DNA from: an uncultured Chitinophaga sp.
Lineage (GTDB): Bacteria; Planctomycetota; Planctomycetia; Planctomycetales; Planctomycetaceae
Direction: 5' to 3'
DNA: 64,000 nucleotides
Assembly: GCA_964538835.1 (NCBI GenBank)
Contig: CAZIGZ010000008.1
Coordinates: 21,788 to 85,787 of the forward strand
Shown: one piece after another, positions 57,406 to 64,000 of the stretch
Layout of the letters: every line of letters starts with the position of its first letter
Position numbering within the stretch: the first letter of the stretch is position 1
The notes under the pieces: model-generated
Database searches by the model: none
Seen by the model: only the letters and a program-made list of their open reading frames with translations
Told to the model about the DNA's origin: nothing
Translations under genes and position numbers: made by a program

Positions 57406-58689
57406 TCAGTTAACTTTCATAGCCTGTTGATGATCCGATGCCGTGCTAACCTGAGAATTGTCCTTCCAGCGGATGTCATGAATCAGCCGGCTGTATTCCG
57501 AGACAGTCGTCTTCTGGGCGAGAACCAAATTTCGCGCGGACTCCTGTAAGGACTGCATTCCTGATCGCTCCGCAGTTTCCCGAATCTCGAACGCCGGTTT
57601 GTGCTCGCTGATGGCATTCCGAAGCTCTGCCGTCACCTCCATCGTCTCGAATACGGCTGTTCTTCCAAAATACCCCGTGTTCAGATTCTTCTCATTCGCG
57701 ACTCCTCGAGCTACCTGCGGCGGCTCAGAAGCCAGGCAATTCAGGAGTCGGCATTCATCTTCCGTGGCCGAGTAAACTTCTTTCGAGTCTTCGGAGATCA
57801 ACCGGATCAGTCGCTGGGCAATCACCCCTCGAAGACAGTCTGCGATCGTCATGGCTGAAATGCCAAAGTTGCGAAGTACGTCGATGGCCGATGCGGTATT
57901 GTTCGCATGCAGGGTTGAGATCACAAGAACACCAGTTGTGGCGGCTCGACAGGCAATCTGGGCCGTTTCAGCATCTCGGATCTCACCAATCGAGATGATG
58001 TTCGGGTCCTGCCGAAGAACTCCTCGCAGAGCTGTCGCAAAATGGAGTCCGGTCTTAGCGTCGACCTGAATCTGATTGGCCCCGGAAATACGGCGTTCAA
58101 CGGGATCTTCGATCGTTACGAGACTTCTGTTGGGCTGGTTCAGTTGTGACAGCATGCTGTAGACGGTCGTCGTCTTTCCAGCACCGACGGGCCCCACTAC
58201 CAGCAGCAGCCCATACGGAGCCGACAGGAAACGCTTGACGCTTCGAAGCTGCTCGGGAGCGAAGCCAAGCGTGTCCGGCGTCACGAACTGATCCGACGGA
58301 GGCATGAGCCTCATAACAACTCTCTCACCAAGAATCGTCGGAATCGAACTGACACGAACATCGCGTGGAATCCCCGTGATCTGCGAGGCGACGATCTGGC
58401 CATCCTGCGGCAGGCGTTTGTCGGTAATGTCCATCCCACACAGCACTTTGATTCGACTGTTCACCTGAGCTCCATAAGCTCCAGGAACTCGTGCAATATC
58501 CTGAAGTGCACCGTCAACCCGAAACCGTACTCGAAGTCCGCCAGCGGCAGGATCCAGGTGAATATCGGTCGCCCGATGCGAGAATCCTCGCTGCAGGAGC
58601 ACATTCACAAAAGATGCGGGCTCAACAACACTGATCAGTTCGGTCAGCTCTGCAGCAAGCGCAGATGACGGAAAAGCACCGGGGTCCAT
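57406..58689 (-). CDS. GspE/PilB-family secretion ATPase, short form
   Basis: Walker A GPVGAGKTTT, Asp box TIEDPVE, Walker B IISIGEIRD and His box VISTLHANN. No N1 domain, and the tetracysteine motif is absent. Confidence 0.85.
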   Translation of the reverse strand: MDPGAFPSSALAAELTELISVVEPASFVNVLLQRGFSHRATDIHLDPAAGGLRVRFRVDGALQDIARVPGAYGAQVNSRIKVLCGMDITDKRLPQDGQIVASQITGIPRDVRVSSIPTILGERVVMRLMPPSDQFVTPDTLGFAPEQLRSVKRFLSAPYGLLLVVGPVGAGKTTTVYSMLSQLNQPNRSLVTIEDPVERRISGANQIQVDAKTGLHFATALRGVLRQDPNIISIGEIRDAETAQIACRAATTGVLVISTLHANNTASAIDVLRNFGISAMTIADCLRGVIAQRLIRLISEDSKEVYSATEDECRLLNCLASEPPQVARGVANEKNLNTGYFGRTAVFETMEVTAELRNAISEHKPAFEIRETAERSGMQSLQESARNLVLAQKTTVSEYSRLIHDIRWKDNSQVSTASDHQQAMKVN

Positions 58690-58823
58690 TAGAACGTTCC
58701 TGTTTGTGTCAGATGTCTTCGGCGCTGGGTCAAGTAACGCCCTTCGCCTGACAGATACTTCATTTCACACAGCCACTGTGCACGACCTAAGTAATGATCA
58801 CGATGCGATCAGATTCCAAATCT

Positions 58824-59960
58824 TCAATCTGATTCACGAAAATTGTAATCCGGCAGTTTCTTTCGGAAACTGATTGGATTCTCCTTGAACCAGACGGTTG
58901 ATAGAACCAGCAGCGAAATGACCGTTGCGAAGATGGAGAGTTTCCTCCGAAAGCCCTCCTCCTTCAGAATCCCGAGGCTTCCAGTCGACGCAGCTGCGGC
59001 ACTCAGGAGCAGGGCAGCCAGTTGCGAGTTGACTCCAAGGACGGATTCCCGCTTGAACAGCATCGGAAGCAGCGCGGCAGCCCCCAATAGGCAACATGGC
59101 AGGGCAACAGCGACCAGCAGTGTCTTTTCCCGCTGTTCCGCCCGTGCCGATTGTGAAACACCAAGGTCGTATGCCGACTCTTCCCGGTCATCTGTGATGG
59201 ACCAGACCTTCGTCAAACCCGATGCCTTCAAAACCGAGAGCACATCTTCAGACGGGCATACGACAGAAAAATGACCATTGCGCTTTTGAGCGGCTTTCCA
59301 CAAACGGATAAGTCCAGCAACCGCACCGCTGTTGATATACTGGATTCTGGAAAGATCGATCATCAGGTTGGCGGGAGCTGCAAGTTCGTACTGTGTAATG
59401 GCTGCTGTCGTGATGGCTTCCTGATCGCTCCAGCTGAGTTTTTCTGCGAGTGTAAAGAAACGAACCAGACAATAGCCCCGATGAGTCTCCAGCGTGAATG
59501 GATCTTTGGGTTCTTCCTGATCAGCATTATCCGTTACCTGCTGCGGGGCTCCCGAGACTTTCGCAATTTGATTTCGTATGACTCCGACATCAAACTCACG
59601 AGTATCATCGAGGTGCAGGAAGGCAAGCGCCGACTCTCGGCTCTTCAGCACCTTCCATTGCTGAAGAAGTCCTGAACCTTCAAGTTCTGCAATGATCGTC
59701 GGTGACTCGGTCACAACAATCAGTTTTCGAGTACGAGGGTCCAGCTGCTTCCAGACCTTCAAAAGCACAGCAAGTACACCGTCCGGAAGACTATCAAGGC
59801 CTGGCACGGTGACGATCACGTTGTGTACATGAGATTCCGCGATCATGGTGAGAATCTTGCGGGTCGCCGCTTCGGTCTGTTCCCAGGTCATGGTCCGGAG
59901 ATCAGGAGTGAACTCGATCCCGCAATACCGCTCATGGCGATCAAACGCAATTCCACTCAT
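58824..59960 (-). CDS. Membrane protein with two tandem STAS-like domains
   Basis: The second domain, MIDLSRIQYINSGAVAGLIRLWKAAQKRNGHFSVVCPSEDVLSVLKASGL, is SpoIIAA/STAS-like. The first domain is weaker. Three C-terminal hydrophobic helices. Confidence 0.6.
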   Translation of the reverse strand: MSGIAFDRHERYCGIEFTPDLRTMTWEQTEAATRKILTMIAESHVHNVIVTVPGLDSLPDGVLAVLLKVWKQLDPRTRKLIVVTESPTIIAELEGSGLLQQWKVLKSRESALAFLHLDDTREFDVGVIRNQIAKVSGAPQQVTDNADQEEPKDPFTLETHRGYCLVRFFTLAEKLSWSDQEAITTAAITQYELAAPANLMIDLSRIQYINSGAVAGLIRLWKAAQKRNGHFSVVCPSEDVLSVLKASGLTKVWSITDDREESAYDLGVSQSARAEQREKTLLVAVALPCCLLGAAALLPMLFKRESVLGVNSQLAALLLSAAAASTGSLGILKEEGFRRKLSIFATVISLLVLSTVWFKENPISFRKKLPDYNFRESD

Positions 59961-60275
59961 CCGCCCGGCCCGTCTTTTCGAAGCTTCTCATGATCGTCAA
60001 GGCGCTCAACCACAGCCCGGACGTACATCGGCCATCAGGCGAAACGAAATTTCAGCCCCCCGGCCCGACCTCTCGATCGGAAGGACGGTAGCCCGAGGAT
60101 GTGAAATTTCTGTGAACAGCTGAGTCAGGACCAGAATTGCAAACGAGGATTCTCGTTGATTTATGAATTCTGTTCAAAAACGAGGGCCACTCCCGGATTT
60201 TTGCATATTCTACGACGACGAGCAGATCATTGCCTGCAGAGACGTGAATGAAACGTATTCCACTGGCAGCAGCCT

Positions 60276-61292
60276 ATGAGTTTACCCTTTGCAAACAGAA
60301 GTCCTTCGGTCCAATGGGAACCTTTGTGGATGCCTCAGGTTCCGCAGATTCCGCTTTGGATTTGGTTTCGGCCAGCGGCGCTGCCGTCGGGACTCCATGT
60401 GACCTTGCCTCCTCCGCTGGTCGCGGCGTTCCCAATGTTCATGCCGTTTTCCCTCGCGGAACTGCTCGCCCACGTCCAGTTGACACCACCAGTTGCTCAG
60501 GCGGTGTCAATCTACGGAAGTCCGTGGCACCCGCTCGGAATTCATGATCCTGGGCTTTTCAGCGCCCTTGCTTCTCCTGCACCGGGGTTTCGACCGGACC
60601 TGTTTGTTTTGGTTGCAGAATCTGCGGTTGTTTCTGCCCCCTCGCCTCAGTTGCCTTTCTTTGGAAGCCCGGGAGTGGAGGCCTTGGAATTCGTCGACGA
60701 GAACGATGTCTTGTTTGACGAAAACAGCCCAGATGACCTTTCTGACGGCCTTATGGTCCAGCGAATCGAGGCAGCCTGGAAATCCGCGATCCAGATTGAG
60801 CGGCAGCTAACCGGACTTCGCCAGAAACTCAGCTCGATTCAAGCCAGTCTTGGCAAGATGGATCGAGATCTGTCGTCCGACGAGAGAACAGCTTCGGACC
60901 GCGAAGATCGCGATGAATGGAATGATGTGCGTCGCTGGCTCCGAGATCTTCAGGGGAAGTGCCATCGAGAAATCAAGGCCTTCGACATCGGAATGACCAG
61001 CGGTGCTGGCATCAGGAATTCACTTGAACAGCGATTCTCGGAGGCAATGGACGGGCAAGTTGCCCAAAGTGATCTCCCAGTCCTTCGACGTGAATTTGAG
61101 AAGTATCGCAAGGACATGGTCACTCTGCAGCGGGCGATGACTGCAACGCTTCAGTCGGCCTCACAGAACGGAACACAGCGTGCCCAAAGAGTCCTTGGCA
61201 AGATTGCCGGCAAGATTCGAGAAATGCGTGCAAAGAACCGAGAACCCATCGGTGGTGCCAACATGGACAAAACCTGTCGGCGAAAGAGGTAG
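60276..61292 (+). CDS. Hypothetical protein with a coiled-coil C-terminal half
   Basis: 338-aa ORF. The P-rich N-terminal 150 aa look poorly protein-like, so the true start may be internal (e.g. MVQRIEAAWK). Confidence 0.4.
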   Translation: MSLPFANRSPSVQWEPLWMPQVPQIPLWIWFRPAALPSGLHVTLPPPLVAAFPMFMPFSLAELLAHVQLTPPVAQAVSIYGSPWHPLGIHDPGLFSALASPAPGFRPDLFVLVAESAVVSAPSPQLPFFGSPGVEALEFVDENDVLFDENSPDDLSDGLMVQRIEAAWKSAIQIERQLTGLRQKLSSIQASLGKMDRDLSSDERTASDREDRDEWNDVRRWLRDLQGKCHREIKAFDIGMTSGAGIRNSLEQRFSEAMDGQVAQSDLPVLRREFEKYRKDMVTLQRAMTATLQSASQNGTQRAQRVLGKIAGKIREMRAKNREPIGGANMDKTCRRKR

Positions 61293-61374
61293 TTCTTCAT
61301 CACAACTTCACTGACTCAGGTTCAAATTGGACAAGATAGGGCTACTGTTGTCTGCTTGAGTTTGAGGTTTTTCC

Positions 61375-61611
61375 ATGTCAAATCACTCCGGTGATTCCGG
61401 CTTTCAGCGTCGTGTGCATTCGGGGCACCTGGGCAACTTTCTGAGGAAACTTCAAGCCGCGGAAACTCCTGAGGATCTGGACAAGATTCTCGCAACTGCA
61501 AAGTTGGCCTTTGAGCGAAAGATGATTGAATCTTCGCAGTATCGGCTGGTCGTCGCAGAGTATCAGCAGCAGAAGACAATTCCCCGCGTGAACCGTAAGC
61601 CTCAGGAGTAG
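61375..61611 (+). CDS. Small hypothetical protein
   Basis: 78-aa ORF in an otherwise empty interval. No motif. Confidence 0.3.
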   Translation: MSNHSGDSGFQRRVHSGHLGNFLRKLQAAETPEDLDKILATAKLAFERKMIESSQYRLVVAEYQQQKTIPRVNRKPQE

Positions 61612-61720
61612 GCATAAATGAAGATTCGGTCTTACCTGACCGGCCCCGCCTTTGTGCGTAACCTGTCAGGAAGCCATCTGATTCGTGAACGAACAAAGGC
61701 CGACAGGGTTCTGTTGGTCG

Positions 61721-64000
61721 CTAGAAATTGGCCTGATCCATCGACATCGCAAACAGCATCTCTCGGGCAATCTGACGACAGCGTTCGTCGTATGTTGCTG
61801 CTTCCTGTGGCGTATCATCGGATACCTTCGGGTCTTCGTAGCGAATCGCCAGACGCAGATCACAGCCGATCGCCACAGGACAGTGTTGATCGGCATGAGA
61901 ACATGTCATGATCGCACAGTAGTCACTCACAGGATTTGGAGACTGATTGAAAACCTTGGAAAAACATACCAGCGGCGCACTGTTGCTGGACCACGAGACG
62001 GAATGCTGCGGATTCGAAACAGACGCATCGGGCGTTGTAATCACAAGGCCTGCCCGCTGCAGTGCTGCCACCGTGCGAGGGTTGCAGGCCGTGACTTCCG
62101 TGCCGCCGGAGAATGTCTGAACATGGTCCAGACCAAACACTGACGCGCCGACCTGAGCCCAGATCTGAGTCAGATGGCTGCGGCGGGAATTGTGAGTACA
62201 CACAAATGTCAGCCGTGCGGGACGGTTTTGCTGTCGGCACTGCTTCACGTAGTCGGACAGCTGATGCAGCTCCGCTTTGCGTTCTTCGGAGATCAGGCTG
62301 GCTTCTTTCAGCCTACTGGTCACATAGGACTGAAGCTCTGGATAGAGCGCATTCATGATCATGGTTTGCTCCTGAGTGTGTGTTCCAAACGTCATCGCCT
62401 GCCGTAAGGCAAAGGGGCCAACAGGGGCAGAGATCTGCCAGGCAATCATCGCGGTTCGCTTCGAGTATTCTCGGACAACTTCTCCGATGTACTTTGCTTC
62501 CTGCAGTCGACGCTGAACAAGCAGCGGATCTGAGACCTGCAAGGGAGTGAAACACTGATTGATGACCCATGCGAATGGTTCAATTCCGGCCCGTCGAAGA
62601 TCCCGCTGAAGCTGCGCTGCTTCGTGAACCGGCGTTGCTTCCGGAAGCGCCACGATCAGGACACGAGTCAGTTCGGGATCTCTCAGCCGTGGCAGAAGCT
62701 TCTCGACATATTCCGGCATGCCGCTTGCCTGACGAGTCACCTCGCGGTGGTAGGCCAGTGCTGAATCCAGAAGCAAAACTGTATGACCTGTGGGAGCGGT
62801 GTCGAGCACCACGAAACGTCGCGTTCCCTGGGCCACCGCTTCCGCAAACGCGCGAAAGACGGCGATCTCTTCTGTACACGGCGACCGCAGATCTTCTTCC
62901 AGCAGTGCGAGGCCTGCGGCATCGAGTCCGGCACCGGCTGTTCGAAGAACCTCCTGTGAGTATTTTGCGGTCTCAGCAGCCGGATCGATGCGACTGACCG
63001 TCAGGTTCGCTCGATTTTCGCCGGCCACGGCTGCCGCGATGTGGGCCGCCGGATCCGTCGTTGAAAGAAGAACATCGTAGCCACGATCAGCCAGTGCCAC
63101 CGCGACAGCGGCCGCGACCGTCGTCTTCCCAACACCTCCTTTGCCCATCGCCAGAATCACACCATGCCCCGGCGCGGCAAGGTCGTCCATGATCGATGAC
63201 AGCGGTGGCAGTGAGATCGGCTCTGCGGTACCTTCGCCGGACAGAGGCGGAACAGCTGGCTCGCTGGCCATTGGGATCTTTTCACCCGGCCTGCGAGGAA
63301 CCAGCTGGCGAAGCGATGCCGCTCCCAGCAGGCCGCCCACAGTCATCGGCAGGACTGTCCTCGGAAGATGCTGAAGGGCCGGAGGCATCTCCGAAATTGC
63401 CGCATCACATCGACTCTGCAGCGCAGTTGCATACGGGTCCGAGGCATCTGTCGCTCGAAAGACCGCATTGATCACAAGGTGCTGATTGCTGACGCCCAGA
63501 GACTGCAGCTCGTGACTGGTTCGTGCTGCTTCACGAAACGCCGCATGTTCGGCACGTGTCACAAGGACCAGGGTTGTCTGAGCCGCATCGCTCAGTGCTT
63601 TGACTGTCTGCTGGTACAGAGCCTGTTGTGCCTGCAGACCGGCAAGAGGCCCCAGGCATGATGTTCCTGTCGAGTTCTTTTCCATGAACCCGGTCCAGGC
63701 CGAGGGTAGCGTCAGGAGTCGCAGCGTGTGGCCGGTTGGCGCTGTATCGAAGAGGACATGATCGAACGGGGCCGTCGCCGAAGCGTCACCAAGGAGACGA
63801 GAAAACTCATCGAACGCAGCAATCTCGAGAGTGCATGATCCGGACAGCTGCTCTTCCATGCTCGTAATCGCAGCCGCTGGCAGCAGTGAGCGATAGGGAC
63901 CGATCATTTTTTCGCGATAGTCAGCAGCAGCCTGCTCTGGATCCAGGTTCATCGCAAACAAGTGCGGAATCGAGAGAATCGGAGTCGGTTGCCGCTGGAG
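61721..64000 (-). CDS. arsA: ArsA-type (ArsA/GET3) ATPase fused to a C-terminal LMW-PTP-type arsenate reductase domain; 5' end beyond window
   Basis: Both DTAPTGHT signatures (DTAPTGHTLRLL, DTAPTGHTVLLL). A2 P-loop GKGGVGKTTVAAAVAVAL. LSGSCTLEIAAFDEF (compare E. coli LSGACTTEIAAFDEF). The C-terminal 150 aa carry CTHNSRRS (CX5R) and CSHADQHC. The frame stays open upstream of M 63961 to the window edge. Confidence 0.8.
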   Translation of the reverse strand, partial: LQRQPTPILSIPHLFAMNLDPEQAAADYREKMIGPYRSLLPAAAITSMEEQLSGSCTLEIAAFDEFSRLLGDASATAPFDHVLFDTAPTGHTLRLLTLPSAWTGFMEKNSTGTSCLGPLAGLQAQQALYQQTVKALSDAAQTTLVLVTRAEHAAFREAARTSHELQSLGVSNQHLVINAVFRATDASDPYATALQSRCDAAISEMPPALQHLPRTVLPMTVGGLLGAASLRQLVPRRPGEKIPMASEPAVPPLSGEGTAEPISLPPLSSIMDDLAAPGHGVILAMGKGGVGKTTVAAAVAVALADRGYDVLLSTTDPAAHIAAAVAGENRANLTVSRIDPAAETAKYSQEVLRTAGAGLDAAGLALLEEDLRSPCTEEIAVFRAFAEAVAQGTRRFVVLDTAPTGHTVLLLDSALAYHREVTRQASGMPEYVEKLLPRLRDPELTRVLIVALPEATPVHEAAQLQRDLRRAGIEPFAWVINQCFTPLQVSDPLLVQRRLQEAKYIGEVVREYSKRTAMIAWQISAPVGPFALRQAMTFGTHTQEQTMIMNALYPELQSYVTSRLKEASLISEERKAELHQLSDYVKQCRQQNRPARLTFVCTHNSRRSHLTQIWAQVGASVFGLDHVQTFSGGTEVTACNPRTVAALQRAGLVITTPDASVSNPQHSVSWSSNSAPLVCFSKVFNQSPNPVSDYCAIMTCSHADQHCPVAIGCDLRLAIRYEDPKVSDDTPQEAATYDERCRQIAREMLFAMSMDQANF

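Noticed and set aside
60248-60547. Alternative 99-aa ORF overlapping the start of 60276-61292
   Set aside because: Neither frame is convincing over 60250-60700. I kept the longer ORF because its C-terminal half is a coherent coiled coil, and I flagged its start as uncertain.
1-64000. Scan for rRNA, tRNA, CRISPR arrays, phage or defence-system hallmarks (integrases, restriction enzymes, Cas, toxin-antitoxin pairs)
   Set aside because: I recognised nothing by eye. All sizeable ORFs are accounted for by metabolic, signalling or glycosylation functions. A covariance-model search (tRNAscan, Infernal) would be needed to be definitive.

Overview
64-kb window, mid-50s % GC by eye, most likely from a Planctomycetota chromosome. 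That placement is an inference from a DUF1559 / H-X9-DG prepilin-like gene, giant HEAT and WD40 proteins, and a Hanks-type kinase. There are four blocks. (1) 1-17.1 kb holds a phosphorus-scavenging and lipid-headgroup region. It contains a PAP2 phosphatase, GT4 and methyltransferase on the minus strand. A long plus-strand operon follows: GMC oxidoreductase, phosphatidylserine decarboxylase, FAD-type protein, double class-III aminotransferase, membrane protein, PhnZ-like HD protein and Tat-PhoD. A 2-aminoethylphosphonate set follows: Zn-ADH, transporter, FAD oxidoreductase, PhnX. (2) 17.1-24.7 kb holds a Ser/Thr kinase plus a 1176-aa WD40 lipoprotein operon, divergent from a degenerate-receiver / triple zinc-ribbon / FHA protein. 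(3) 24.2-60.0 kb holds 26 consecutive minus-strand genes forming a very large glycosylation array. It has three TMTC/DUF1736-like GT-C+TPR paralogs, eight GT2/GT4/CgeB-type transferases, AsnB, five methyltransferases and a fused ABC exporter. It also has a 1407-aa zinc-ribbon/HEAT/beta-propeller protein, an apparently perfect 1.69-kb duplication of a DUF1559 pilin-like gene with decayed duplication scars, an orphan GspE-like ATPase and a tandem-STAS membrane protein. (4) 60-64 kb holds two hypothetical genes and a partial ArsA ATPase fused to an LMW-PTP-type ArsC domain. I recognised no rRNA, tRNA, CRISPR array, transposase or integrase. All calls rest on motifs read by eye from the ORF translations and hand alignments of the DNA; no database search was run.
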